Part shown: piece by piece, positions 1-8,742 of the stretch
Layout of the letters: each line of letters begins with the position of its first letter
How positions within the stretch are numbered: the first letter of the stretch is position 1
Origin: a virus
Taxonomy: Duplodnaviria > Caudoviricetes
Virus record (IMG/VR): IMGVR_UViG_3300044608_001820
Location: 1 to 53,119 of that record
Direction: 5' to 3' (one strand)
Length of the DNA: 53,119 nt
The notes under the pieces: generated by a model
Told to the model about the DNA's origin: nothing
Seen by the model: only the letters and a program-made list of their open reading frames with translations
Databases searched by the model: none
Position numbers and translations under genes: made by a program

Positions 1-5
1 TGTTC

Positions 6-200
6 ATGCTCTCGCTGAAGCCTGATCAGCGGGAGTTTGTTACCGACACCGTCGAGGAGGCGGTGAAGATGAGATCGGAGGGATTAGACGAGAAAGACAT
101 TGAATCCCAGCTCAAACAGGCAATTCAGATGATCGAAGGGTGGACGACCACACCTCGAATAGTTCGAAGGATCGTCCTCGGAATCTATGGCTCAAATTAG
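6..200 (+). CDS. hypothetical protein
   Basis: ORF overlapping the next gene in operon fashion. Confidence 0.5.
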   Translation: MLSLKPDQREFVTDTVEEAVKMRSEGLDEKDIESQLKQAIQMIEGWTTTPRIVRRIVLGIYGSN

Positions 201-630
201 TCGACTCGTGTGCCCCACTGCGGGGCACTTTTTAATACAGACCAAAAGAGGGAACATGCGGACCATGTGGAGATCTGTCACGAAGTTCTTGAAGCGGTCC
301 GTGCCGCTAGTGCTACGGAGGCCGAATGTGCCCGGGATGAGCTACGACGAGGCAATCTCATTCCTTGAGAACCTGTCGATCGGTGATCTCGTCAACGGAA
401 AGATTAAAATCAAGATTGATGCTTACGACTTGATCATGCTCATTGAGGCGACGAGAGTAAGGTCCGAGAGTACGATTCTCAATTCCAAAGGCGACCCGGT
501 AAAACTCCTGTCGATGTGGGGAGAGACTGACGAGTGTGGCATGGGACAGTTCGTCGAGATCAATGTGGCGCCAGGACTGAACTACTCAGCGGTGTATGAG
601 CACGTGAAAACTGTACGGACTGGGCAGTAG
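187..630 (+). CDS. hypothetical protein
   Basis: 147-aa ORF ending just before a promoter unit. Confidence 0.55.
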   Translation: MAQISRLVCPTAGHFLIQTKRGNMRTMWRSVTKFLKRSVPLVLRRPNVPGMSYDEAISFLENLSIGDLVNGKIKIKIDAYDLIMLIEATRVRSESTILNSKGDPVKLLSMWGETDECGMGQFVEINVAPGLNYSAVYEHVKTVRTGQ

Positions 631-642
631 TACACTCGTACT
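629..642. promoter_or_regulatory. LexA-box-like palindrome
   Basis: AGTAC-ACTC-GTACT, abutting the promoter palindrome. Confidence 0.6.
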
Positions 643-701
643 ATGGCCACTTAAGCAACTGTCCACTCTTTTCGCCACGGACCCTCGAAAAGCTGTATAG
701 T
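643..701 (+). promoter_or_regulatory. phage promoter P1 (palindrome + -10)
   Basis: GGCCACTT-AAGC-AACTGTCCAC-N29-TATAGT. Confidence 0.75.
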
Positions 702-707
702 ACCTTC

Positions 708-1031
708 ATGAACAAAACCAAAGTCACCGTTTCCAACCTCGCCCCTGACCAGATCGTTCAGGCGGGTTACAAGCGTCGTCACCTCAATGTCGACTCCAAT
801 CGCTTCCTTGGCTTCAAGTACAATGGCCTCTGGTTCTCGGACCTCAAGTCCCTGAAAGAGTTCATCGGCGTCAAGAACCTCAGGGAGATCGAGTTCGAAG
901 CTGATCGTCTCGAGGGTGGTTCCGTCACTGCCGAGTTCCGCAACGTCGAGGAAGGTTACATGTGGGGAGCGTACCTCTGGAACGGCGCTTTTCGCGTCGG
1001 TACCTCCGCTGACCGTCTCGTCCTGGGTTGA
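708..1031 (+). CDS. hypothetical early protein (probably leaderless mRNA)
   Basis: ATG 6 nt after the -10 hexamer. Confidence 0.7.
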   Translation: MNKTKVTVSNLAPDQIVQAGYKRRHLNVDSNRFLGFKYNGLWFSDLKSLKEFIGVKNLREIEFEADRLEGGSVTAEFRNVEEGYMWGAYLWNGAFRVGTSADRLVLG

Positions 1032-1036
1032 TAAAG

Positions 1037-1258
1037 ATGGAAGAAACAAAAGCTGTGTTGAATGAGACCGAGATGAAGCGTCTCGCTGGTCTCGTAGCTG
1101 ATAAGTTAAATGAGTGGTTGCTCGACAATCACTACGACCTGATTCACGATGTCTGCAATGATGTGGTCCTCGAGGAGTATCCGAACCTTGAAGAGGAAGA
1201 TTTCTGGGAGGTCGTGCCTGACATTTTCGATCGGATCGTTCCCTTCACCTCGATCTGA
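1037..1258 (+). CDS. hypothetical acidic protein
   Basis: ORF from ATG 1037. Confidence 0.6.
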   Translation: MEETKAVLNETEMKRLAGLVADKLNEWLLDNHYDLIHDVCNDVVLEEYPNLEEEDFWEVVPDIFDRIVPFTSI

Positions 1259-1315
1259 GGCCACTTCGAAAACTGTCCACTAAACTCCCCGCGAGCCCTC
1301 AAAACCCTGTATAGT
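1257..1315 (+). promoter_or_regulatory. phage promoter P2
   Basis: GGCCACTT-CGAA-AACTGTCCAC-N29-TATAGT. Confidence 0.75.
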
Positions 1316-1339
1316 AAGGACATCAAAACAAAACAACCA

Positions 1340-1609
1340 ATGACTAACGACATTCTCACCGTCCGATATGATATGTGTGGCGACGGGTCGATGTGGGAAG
1401 GATTCGCATACATCGTCGATCAACTCCCCGTCGACGGCGACGACATGATCCACAGCGCTAAGTTCGCCGGTTACGCTCCAAACGGTTACCCGATCCTCGA
1501 AGTCAAGTTCGGCAATCTGGACGTCGCTAAGGGTTTCACGGCGGTTTACTTCGGTCTTCCTGATGCCGACGACGCTGACGTGCTTGAGTATCTTGGGATT
1601 GCTGCTTGA
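1340..1609 (+). CDS. hypothetical early protein
   Basis: ORF after P2 with an A/C-rich leader. Confidence 0.65.
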   Translation: MTNDILTVRYDMCGDGSMWEGFAYIVDQLPVDGDDMIHSAKFAGYAPNGYPILEVKFGNLDVAKGFTAVYFGLPDADDADVLEYLGIAA

Positions 1610-1611
1610 AT

Positions 1612-1818
1612 ATGACTAATCTTTCTCCCGCCGCCCAGGCCGTGCTCGCTGCCTACGAGGAGTCAAGCGACGCCTACTTCGAGGAGCGAGGTCAGCTCGC
1701 CGCCGCACTTCGTGCTGTGGCCGAGATGTGTGTTTACCCCGACGACCACGGAGTTGACTGGATACTTCCCTCGGAAATCCTTGCCATCGCTGACGAACTG
1801 GATGCAAGCAATGACTGA
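1612..1818 (+). CDS. hypothetical protein, MTNLSPAAQAVL family
   Basis: paralog of 2850-3101. Confidence 0.7.
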   Translation: MTNLSPAAQAVLAAYEESSDAYFEERGQLAAALRAVAEMCVYPDDHGVDWILPSEILAIADELDASND

Positions 1819-2302
1819 CACCCGAGACCTCATCTACAAACTGCTGGAAGTGGCCGATTGTTACTCTGACGGTAGAGAAACCTACGAGCCGTTCGAGCAG
1901 GTTCTCAGGGAAGCCCGTTCTTACCTACTAAATGGCGATAAACCAACAATGACCGAGCACAACCCCATCACCCCGCCGCCGGAGCTGGTGCAGCAGTGGT
2001 GGGAACAAGCCGACCAGTACCAAGACGATCCAAAGACTTACTTCGACTATGTAGCTACCGAAGCAGCCCAATGGGGCGCAGATCAGGAGCTTTTGGCTTG
2101 TGGCAACTACCTCAAACAGTGCGCTGCCTGGGAAGAAGAGGATGTAACCGAGTTCTATAACTATCGCCGCCCGAGGCCACTGAGTTTGAAGGAACTGGCC
2201 TTGGAAAGTGTAAAACGATTTGAGAAGAGCGGTGAGTTTTTCTCGGACCAAATGCGTGAACTTGAGTTTATTCGTAAAGCACTGGAGACTATCGATGACT
2301 AA
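1811..2302 (+). CDS. hypothetical protein, AAQWGADQEL family (possible second start at 1949)
   Basis: C-terminal part is paralogous to 2295-2627. Confidence 0.65.
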   Translation: MTDTRDLIYKLLEVADCYSDGRETYEPFEQVLREARSYLLNGDKPTMTEHNPITPPPELVQQWWEQADQYQDDPKTYFDYVATEAAQWGADQELLACGNYLKQCAAWEEEDVTEFYNYRRPRPLSLKELALESVKRFEKSGEFFSDQMRELEFIRKALETIDD

Positions 2303-2627
2303 CCAACACCCCATCACCCCATCGCCGGAGCTGGCGCTGCAATGGATTAACGAATACTTAAACGAGCATCCTGAAGGAGTGGACGTTGAAGTTCTTGTTG
2401 TTAACGCCGCCCAATGGGGCGCCGACCAGGAGCTGGAGGCGTGCTGCCATTACTTTGCCCGCGATCTCCGCGAAAGTCTTGCACTAGAACTCCGCGCCGC
2501 CCGCCGCCCCAAGCCGTCGAGCTTGAAAGAGCAAGCGCTAGCTCTGCTAAATAAAGCAGAAGACCCAAGTTGGGACATTAACGACTTTTCAATCGTCCGC
2601 CGCGCACTGGAGCAACTCGATGACTGA
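2295..2627 (+). CDS. hypothetical protein, AAQWGADQEL family
   Basis: HPITPSPEL...AAQWGADQELEAC...RRPKPSSLKEQAL. Confidence 0.7.
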   Translation: MTNQHPITPSPELALQWINEYLNEHPEGVDVEVLVVNAAQWGADQELEACCHYFARDLRESLALELRAARRPKPSSLKEQALALLNKAEDPSWDINDFSIVRRALEQLDD

Positions 2628-2853
2628 CTTTCGAGCGCTGTGCACTGAGCTGCTGTGCAGCCTGGAACAGTATCCGGTGCAACCTCCCAGGGACCGCAAC
2701 TTGATTGACCGCGTTCGCGCCGCCCTGGCTGAGCCCGAGGAGCAGGAGCCGACGGATGAAGAGTTAGTTGAACTCTTTAACGACAACGACTGGAATTACA
2801 TCAGCCCAGAAACTTTCCTTAACATTGCTCGTTCTGTACTGGAGTTACGATGA
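2620..2853 (+). CDS. hypothetical protein (MTDFRALCTELL)
   Basis: overlapping start/stop coupling. Confidence 0.65.
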   Translation: MTDFRALCTELLCSLEQYPVQPPRDRNLIDRVRAALAEPEEQEPTDEELVELFNDNDWNYISPETFLNIARSVLELR

Positions 2854-3101
2854 CTAACCTCTCCCCCGCCGCGCAGGCGGTGCTGGCCGCCTGTGGCTGC
2901 CCCGACCCAGACTCTCCGTTTCGACTGGTAGCGCGAGGCTTTGCCGGCGCCGCCCTGCGAGCTGCTGCGGATCAGGTTGCTCCTGAGCACTACTCTTGTT
3001 ATACCGGTCACGGTGAGTTTGACTTTGGCATGGATGCAAGAAATGAAGCGATCCGTGAGGATCTCCTCGCCATCGCCGCCGAGCTGGAGGGTTTCGAATG
3101 A
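2850..3101 (+). CDS. hypothetical protein, MTNLSPAAQAVL family
   Basis: paralog of 1612-1818; ATGA coupling. Confidence 0.7.
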   Translation: MTNLSPAAQAVLAACGCPDPDSPFRLVARGFAGAALRAAADQVAPEHYSCYTGHGEFDFGMDARNEAIREDLLAIAAELEGFE

Positions 3102-3289
3102 AACTCGAGCACAAGCGAGCACTCCGTTGCTTCATCCTCGAAAAGCTTGGCGAGGTGACGTGTCTTCAGCTGGCGGAGTTAGCTGAGACACACGACTGCT
3201 GCCCGTTCAGCATGGCCGAACAGTTCGACATTGAGTTCGAGCGCATCGCGAAGCTATTCAACTACCCCAACTACTCCGACGAAGAATGA
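3098..3289 (+). CDS. hypothetical protein
   Basis: ATGA coupling on both ends. Confidence 0.6.
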   Translation: MKLEHKRALRCFILEKLGEVTCLQLAELAETHDCCPFSMAEQFDIEFERIAKLFNYPNYSDEE

Positions 3290-3558
3290 CCGACACAAAG
3301 TCCATTGAGCGCTCCGCCGCAAACTTCTTCGCTCACTTCTTCGGAGATACAAGCCTTCTTGATGCCCTCGAAGACGGTCGCAGTTTTCGTTACGAACCCA
3401 AACCAGACATCACTACGTACGAATTAGCACTATGCATGTACCTTCTCATAGTGCAGGCATGGAACAAACCACTAAGGGATGAACAAAAGATTTACGACCA
3501 GTTGCCCGCCGAGGCGCAACGCCACTTTGTAGTTGTTCGAGAGGATGGTAATGACTGA
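3286..3558 (+). CDS. hypothetical protein
   Basis: ATGA coupling. Confidence 0.6.
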   Translation: MTDTKSIERSAANFFAHFFGDTSLLDALEDGRSFRYEPKPDITTYELALCMYLLIVQAWNKPLRDEQKIYDQLPAEAQRHFVVVREDGND

Positions 3559-3940
3559 GTACCGTGCAACTTCCGATCAGTGGGAGAAAGTTCTGGGTTG
3601 GTCAGAAGACCACGACGTCAGTGTAAGCTGTGATGCCGCTTGCATTCTCGAACTGCGTGCCAGGGTTGAGGCACTGGAAGCCAGGAATAAGCCGGGGTTC
3701 ATGGAGCTGAGTGTCACGACAGCCACGGTGCCAACACCCAAATCTCTATGCAGTGATTCTCTGGTGAGGCGGGTGGCCGCAGCTCTTCATAGCGAAACAA
3801 ATAGCGGATTACCGGTGGAGGATTGGGGACCCGAAGCTCGCGCAGCCATTAGCGAGGTGGCAACGTGGTTGGAGGAGGAGTTTGGTCCTCAGATTGATTG
3901 GATTACAACTGAACTCAGAGAGGAGGCATGCAGTGACTGA
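3551..3940 (+). CDS. hypothetical protein
   Basis: coupled ORF (CILELRARVEALE...EARAAISEVATWL). Confidence 0.6.
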   Translation: MTEYRATSDQWEKVLGWSEDHDVSVSCDAACILELRARVEALEARNKPGFMELSVTTATVPTPKSLCSDSLVRRVAAALHSETNSGLPVEDWGPEARAAISEVATWLEEEFGPQIDWITTELREEACSD

Positions 3941-4205
3941 AACCATCGAGAAGAAGGATGGGCGCCCGAGTCGCAAAGTCACCGTCATAAACGAACGCTA
4001 CCCGTACCGGTACATCATCGCGGGTACACTCGAGAACGGCAAACCCGACTATAGACTTCAGAAGATGCACGACTGGTCGAACCGTTACCGTGACATCTAC
4101 CTCTTCGACAACTCCATGCAATGCGACATCGCTATGGAGGATTTTGAGTACACCAAATGGTTGGATCCCGATCCTTCCGTCTCCGCTTACCGTCATTTGG
4201 ATTGA
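3933..4205 (+). CDS. hypothetical protein
   Basis: GTG start after GGAGG. Confidence 0.6.
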   Translation: MTETIEKKDGRPSRKVTVINERYPYRYIIAGTLENGKPDYRLQKMHDWSNRYRDIYLFDNSMQCDIAMEDFEYTKWLDPDPSVSAYRHLD

Positions 4206-4208
4206 ACT

Positions 4209-4364
4209 ATGAAAGAGAAAAAGCTAAGGAAACTTATCCAAGGCCCGCTAAGATTTCACCATCAAGACATTCACGAGGAGATCGATAAGATTAACATCAC
4301 ACTCGCCGAGATTTTAGCCAGCATCAAGCTCATTCGAGAGGAACTCAAGGACAATGCCGACTGA
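4209..4364 (+). CDS. small hypothetical protein (not in ORF track)
   Basis: MKEKKLRKLIQGPLRFHHQDIHEE...; fills the gap between genes. Confidence 0.5.
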   Translation: MKEKKLRKLIQGPLRFHHQDIHEEIDKINITLAEILASIKLIREELKDNAD

Positions 4365-4911
4365 AAAGCCTATGCGATACAGCGTTCAGTGGGATTGCCC
4401 AAATTGCGGCAATAGCCACAACTGGTGGTGGGAGGATAAGCGGGAGGCATACTCAGAGGATGAAATCGAAATGATATGCGATCGGTGTATGGAACCCACG
4501 AAGTGCAGGGGGGATGGTAATGGTTTTTATGAACCAATCGAAGATTCGTGCCCTGCTAACGATACGACCGCTCAGATCAAGACTCTTTTCGATTCCGTCA
4601 ATTCCCTCGCAAAACGACTGGCGGAAGTCGAGAATATAGTAAAACCGGCTAAGTCTGAACCTAGCTTCATCGATCTGATTCACGGTGTCAAACCGCCGTT
4701 CTACACACGTTTTCGTGAAGGGTGCCAATTCACTAAGGAGGAGATGCCGCCGGAGAAGTTGGCAAGTGTGCTTCGGTTTATCGCTGTGGAGGTGGAGCGC
4801 ATGACGGAGCGAGATATGGGCGGATCTTTCACAATTAGCAATCTCAAAGTCGCCGAGAAGTTACGGGAACTCGCTACCGACGCCTTAGTCGAAGATTTTC
4901 ACTCTGGTTGA
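4354..4911 (+). CDS. hypothetical protein with N-terminal Zn-ribbon (CPNC...CDRC)
   Basis: two CxxC motifs. Confidence 0.6.
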   Translation: MPTEKPMRYSVQWDCPNCGNSHNWWWEDKREAYSEDEIEMICDRCMEPTKCRGDGNGFYEPIEDSCPANDTTAQIKTLFDSVNSLAKRLAEVENIVKPAKSEPSFIDLIHGVKPPFYTRFREGCQFTKEEMPPEKLASVLRFIAVEVERMTERDMGGSFTISNLKVAEKLRELATDALVEDFHSG

Positions 4912-4977
4912 AAAACTCAAAAATGTGAAAAACCACGAGGGCTCCCCGATGGATTCCCCGCCTCAGGACCTCGAGAC

Positions 4978-5046
4978 GAAAAAAGCGGAAAGTGTGAGCC
5001 TCAAAACCCTTGCGGCACCGTGGCCTCGGATAGTACAAATGTGCTA
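4978..5046 (+). repeat. intergenic repeat family B, copy 1
   Basis: AAAAA-N3-AAAGTGT-x-AG-x-CTCAAA-x-CCCTTGC-N18-AGTACAAATGTGCT. Confidence 0.75.
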
Positions 5047-5088
5047 GAGGTCTGAGCCTGGCCCTCAGGACGGGAATCCCAAGAGCCC

Positions 5089-5147
5089 TAGGCCAATCGC
5101 AAAACTGTCCACTCTCCTCGCCAAAGGCTCCCTGGATGCCGTATAGT
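5089..5147 (+). promoter_or_regulatory. phage promoter P3
   Basis: AACTGTCCAC-N29-TATAGT. Confidence 0.7.
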
Positions 5148-5171
5148 AGCTCTATCAACCAAACGAAACGA

Positions 5172-5633
5172 ATGGTAGGAACCATCACTCACAACGGAGT
5201 TCTTCCTCGCGGCACTTACTATGTCGGGGATCTGTGTTACGTGGTCAAAGATGATGAGTGGGAGAATTATTGCGATCGGTCATTCCCTGATGATGGTTAC
5301 GAGCACATCGGAATCTTTGAAAATTACGACGGGATCGAGTACGCAACCTTCGGAACTAAGTACGGAGACGGCGAGTATTTTGACCAATACGGCGATAGTT
5401 ATGCTGTAGACAGCGGGTCTATCGGTTGTATTCCGATTAGCGCCGTCGCAGATAAGTATGACATGGATGAGATCATCCGACTTGGTAATATCGTCAGCTT
5501 TAACGAACCGTTCTATTGCGAATACGATAACGAGACGGGCACTATTCGCATCGGACACGTTGAGATTGTGACCGGACAATCTGAGGATGAGGATGAGGAC
5601 GAATACGATTACGATTCGGAGGATGAGGAATGA
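5172..5633 (+). CDS. hypothetical acidic protein (DUF4241-like motifs)
   Basis: YYVGDLCY and VDSGSIG motifs; D/E-rich tail. Confidence 0.6.
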   Translation: MVGTITHNGVLPRGTYYVGDLCYVVKDDEWENYCDRSFPDDGYEHIGIFENYDGIEYATFGTKYGDGEYFDQYGDSYAVDSGSIGCIPISAVADKYDMDEIIRLGNIVSFNEPFYCEYDNETGTIRIGHVEIVTGQSEDEDEDEYDYDSEDEE

Positions 5634-5806
5634 GACCGAAATTTAGGGTGATCCTCGAGCAAGCGATCGAGGAAGGTGTGAGACGTGGTTATACTCGAGC
5701 GTTCAAACACAATGATAGTCCTTCCGAGGGCGCCATCCTTGAGTCGCTTGAGGAGCATGTCATGAGTTCCATTTACGAGTATTTCACATTTGATGAGGAT
5801 GAGTAA
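5630..5806 (+). CDS. small hypothetical protein (not in ORF track)
   Basis: MRPKFRVILEQAIEEGVRRG...; ATGA coupling. Confidence 0.55.
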   Translation: MRPKFRVILEQAIEEGVRRGYTRAFKHNDSPSEGAILESLEEHVMSSIYEYFTFDEDE

Positions 5807-6011
5807 TAAGACGAAACTCCTGAGAGACATTACAGAAGTCATCAACTTCCATGGCGAACGCGATTCCAGCCCTGGGGAGTTAGCTCAGGCGGTGATCAAC
5901 ACCACAGCTGACTGGTTTGAGGACGTTCTTCTAAATATCGGAATCGCTCCCAGCACCATCCCGGCGCTTCTCCGCTGGCAAGCACACCAACACGAGTACA
6001 TCGATGACTGA
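5799..6011 (+). CDS. hypothetical protein
   Basis: coupled ORF. Confidence 0.55.
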   Translation: MSNKTKLLRDITEVINFHGERDSSPGELAQAVINTTADWFEDVLLNIGIAPSTIPALLRWQAHQHEYIDD

Positions 6012-6222
6012 AGAGCAACCAACGACTTACGACGAAGCGTTCACAGTGACTAAACAACGGTGGGGCACCTACGTCTCTCGTGATCTCGAGGGAAACACTC
6101 TCGTTACGTCATACACAGAGGAAGCCTGCATCGCGGCAACTCGCTGGTATCTCAAAGGGCGCCAGGATGGTTTCCCGCAGATCGAAATCAAGTATGATAG
6201 CACCGTTGGAGGTAAGCTTTGA
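6004..6222 (+). CDS. hypothetical protein
   Basis: coupled ORF ending YDSTVGGKL. Confidence 0.6.
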   Translation: MTEEQPTTYDEAFTVTKQRWGTYVSRDLEGNTLVTSYTEEACIAATRWYLKGRQDGFPQIEIKYDSTVGGKL

Positions 6223-6458
6223 TGAACAAACCGGAACTCTACGAAGTCGAAATTAAGTACACTGTGATGGTTGCGGCTGATACCGAGACCAAAGCCGAAC
6301 AGTATGTCTACGACAGTCTCCAAGACATCGTTCGAGACGAACCGGTCGATCTCGTGTATTGCACAGGAAAAGTCTTCTCCGTCGGTATGCCATGGAAGGG
6401 AACTGTTGCCTGGGGCGACAATCCGACCGAAGAAATCTGTGAGTTTTTCGTCAAATGA
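6222..6458 (+). CDS. hypothetical protein
   Basis: coupled ORF. Confidence 0.55.
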   Translation: MNKPELYEVEIKYTVMVAADTETKAEQYVYDSLQDIVRDEPVDLVYCTGKVFSVGMPWKGTVAWGDNPTEEICEFFVK

Positions 6459-6808
6459 AAGCAACTATCTTCACGCTCTTCGCTCTCGTCATTGGTAACG
6501 CGACTCTCGCCATCGCGCAGCAACCTTGCAACACATCATTCTGGGTTTGGCAGGGCGGTGAACGAGTAAAAGTCTGCTGCAACCAACAGAACTTCTGCTT
6601 CACCAAGTACGGAATCTACAATCAGTGATGCTTCCTTTCCTTCTCGCCACTGTGATTCAATATGACTTCACTAACCGACCAGTTCCTGAATCGATTGCGA
6701 GGCGGTGCGCGGAGGACGTTGGAATCCCCTACGCTTCCGACAACTTCTCAGACACAGAGTGGCAGGAGTTCAAACGATGCATTATCCAACGAACAGGAAA
6801 CTAAACAA

Positions 6809-7030
6809 ATGAAACTCATGCCAACTTTCAAGAAGGCGAAGATCAGCTGGGGCGAGACTATAGCAATCATCCTCGGAATGCTTGTAGGTGCCGCCGTAAG
6901 TATCGCCCTTGGCGCCTGGATCATTCATTGGATCCTTGGTCTGATCAACATCGGGAATCTAACTTACGGTCAGATCGCCGGTCTTCTTGTCATCTGGGAA
7001 CTCATCAAACCTCGACCCTCCAATGACTAA
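6809..7030 (+). CDS. small membrane protein
   Basis: two hydrophobic segments. Confidence 0.5.
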   Translation: MKLMPTFKKAKISWGETIAIILGMLVGAAVSIALGAWIIHWILGLINIGNLTYGQIAGLLVIWELIKPRPSND

Positions 7031-7196
7031 CTTTACGGAAGAACAAGTTGAAATCATTTATGAAGCGGTGAGTCGCCTTCAGAAAGAGTACGGCAGTGTG
7101 CACCCGATGTACTTCCGATGTGAGGAAGTATTGAATCGGGCGCATTCTACTGTTATCTCTCGACGTAAGCGACTTAACGCTGTTTGTGATTCCTAA
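7023..7196 (+). CDS. hypothetical protein
   Basis: coupled ORF, convergent with the methyltransferase. Confidence 0.45.
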   Translation: MTNFTEEQVEIIYEAVSRLQKEYGSVHPMYFRCEEVLNRAHSTVISRRKRLNAVCDS

Positions 7197-8423
7197 TCAC
7201 TTGATATTCCAAATCGGTGCCATCTGATTCTCCCGCGAGATGTTATTCTGGCGGAGAATCTTGTAGGATCCGTCCTCCTTCTTCTCCGGTTCGATCCACT
7301 GACGCTGACCATCGAGAGCCGCTGCGACCTCGCGGATCCAGTCACCTGCGGTGCACGCCGGCACGTTTTGGCAAATGATGTTGATGTCCTTCGTCGGCAT
7401 TTGCACTTTCTCAGCAAAGTCAGGTGGGAATCCCATCAGTGCGAATGCTTCCGAGGTCATCAGCCAGCGGTCCTCATACGGATGCATGAGATAGGGCAAT
7501 GTCTGCCACATCAGACTACGCGTGTGATCCCATGCGAGTTTGATCGACTTATCGAGGATGCAACTATCGGTCTCAAACTTGTGTTTCGCGTGGCGCAGAA
7601 ACTTATTCGTCTTCGGATCCGAGATAGCATCAATCGCGTCGTCAAACCAGTTATTCTCCTTCACGACACGAACGATCGTCGTCATTCGATCGCTTGCGAC
7701 TTCCGCCAAAATCTCTTGCTTGGTGTAGCCCTTAAACTTCGACTGGATGAATTGCCAGATGAGATCCGCACTCGGTGGCAGGTCGGTGTCGTAGTTGACT
7801 GACGCTGTCTTAGCGAAGTTGCCACTCTTGAGAAACTCGTGATATTGCTTGTACGGTCTCTTGATGTGATTAAGCACGGGAACCTTGTCGCCCTTCCACA
7901 GGAAGAAAAAGCTACGAGTTCTCTCCTGAGGTACACCGTGATTGATCGAAGAAGTCTTCACGAGACTCATCGTGTACCCGTGCTCGAATGCCAACGCGTT
8001 CAGTCGCTCCGCGAACTCCTCGCCCATTTTAGTGAATAGGGTCGGGGCATTCTCGACCATGATCGCTTTCGGCTTGAGGTACTTCACCGAGTACAGCGCC
8101 GCGTTGTGCATGTGCATGTTGCTGGGAGCCATGCACCCACGAGGATTTTTTGACTTCTCGTTTTTGCCTGTGGATTGGTTAGCTAAACTCAGTCCCGCGC
8201 AAGGAGGCAGCGAGGTGATGATGTCAACGTACTTCACCGGAAGTTGATCCATGGTGAAGTCCAGAAACGGAACATCATCCATATACTCGAGGCAGTACTT
8301 ATCGTTCGCGGCGAATGCGCTACTCCACGATGCGATCCACTCAGGCTTATTCCCCAGAGCCATCGTGGTCCCGATGACACTACCGCCCACGAGTGGAATA
8401 ATATGTCCGTGCGTATACGTCAT
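7197..8423 (-). CDS. DNA (cytosine-5)-methyltransferase family protein
   Basis: motif IV PPCAGLS, VI ENAP, VIII PQERTR, IX/X EAFALMGFP...QNVP; motif I variant IPLVGG; start trimmed to MTYTHG. Confidence 0.8.
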   Translation of the reverse strand: MTYTHGHIIPLVGGSVIGTTMALGNKPEWIASWSSAFAANDKYCLEYMDDVPFLDFTMDQLPVKYVDIITSLPPCAGLSLANQSTGKNEKSKNPRGCMAPSNMHMHNAALYSVKYLKPKAIMVENAPTLFTKMGEEFAERLNALAFEHGYTMSLVKTSSINHGVPQERTRSFFFLWKGDKVPVLNHIKRPYKQYHEFLKSGNFAKTASVNYDTDLPPSADLIWQFIQSKFKGYTKQEILAEVASDRMTTIVRVVKENNWFDDAIDAISDPKTNKFLRHAKHKFETDSCILDKSIKLAWDHTRSLMWQTLPYLMHPYEDRWLMTSEAFALMGFPPDFAEKVQMPTKDINIICQNVPACTAGDWIREVAAALDGQRQWIEPEKKEDGSYKILRQNNISRENQMAPIWNIK

Positions 8424-8474
8424 TGGTGACGTTTGCCAAAGTCCCATTCTAACAAAAGGTAGAACAAGTGAACC

Positions 8475-8532
8475 TGTGACAGTTGGAGAAGTGGCACGTA
8501 AAAAGTCACCGATCCCCGTCATGGAGTACAAT
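8475..8532 (+). promoter_or_regulatory. phage promoter P4 (degenerate LexA-like box at 8461-8474)
   Basis: GTGACAGTT-GGAG-AAGTGGCAC-N29-TACAAT. Confidence 0.7.
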
Positions 8533-8538
8533 AGATCT

Positions 8539-8742
8539 ATGAACAACCCCATTGCACGAGCTCGAGCCCTTTACGACAAGGGTTCCCGAGAGAACATCGT
8601 CCAGTTCCTGCAGGAGATGGACCCCAACGGTTCTTGGACTGACGAGGCATCTTACGCCGAAGGACTGGAGCCTCTGACCTACGATGAGGCACTCCTCGAA
8701 CTCGAGGACATGATCAAGGAACTGGAAGCCGTGCCCGCCTGA
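8539..8742 (+). CDS. hypothetical protein (probably leaderless)
   Basis: ATG 6 nt after -10; coupled to the topoisomerase gene. Confidence 0.6.
   Translation: MNNPIARARALYDKGSRENIVQFLQEMDPNGSWTDEASYAEGLEPLTYDEALLELEDMIKELEAVPA

Noticed and set aside
629-642. GTAC palindromes as NtcA boxes
   Set aside because: Spacing is GTA-N6-TAC, not GTA-N8-TAC.
8424-8552. N-terminal extension of the methyltransferase ORF
   Set aside because: It overlaps promoter P4, and motif I begins right after the Met at 8423.
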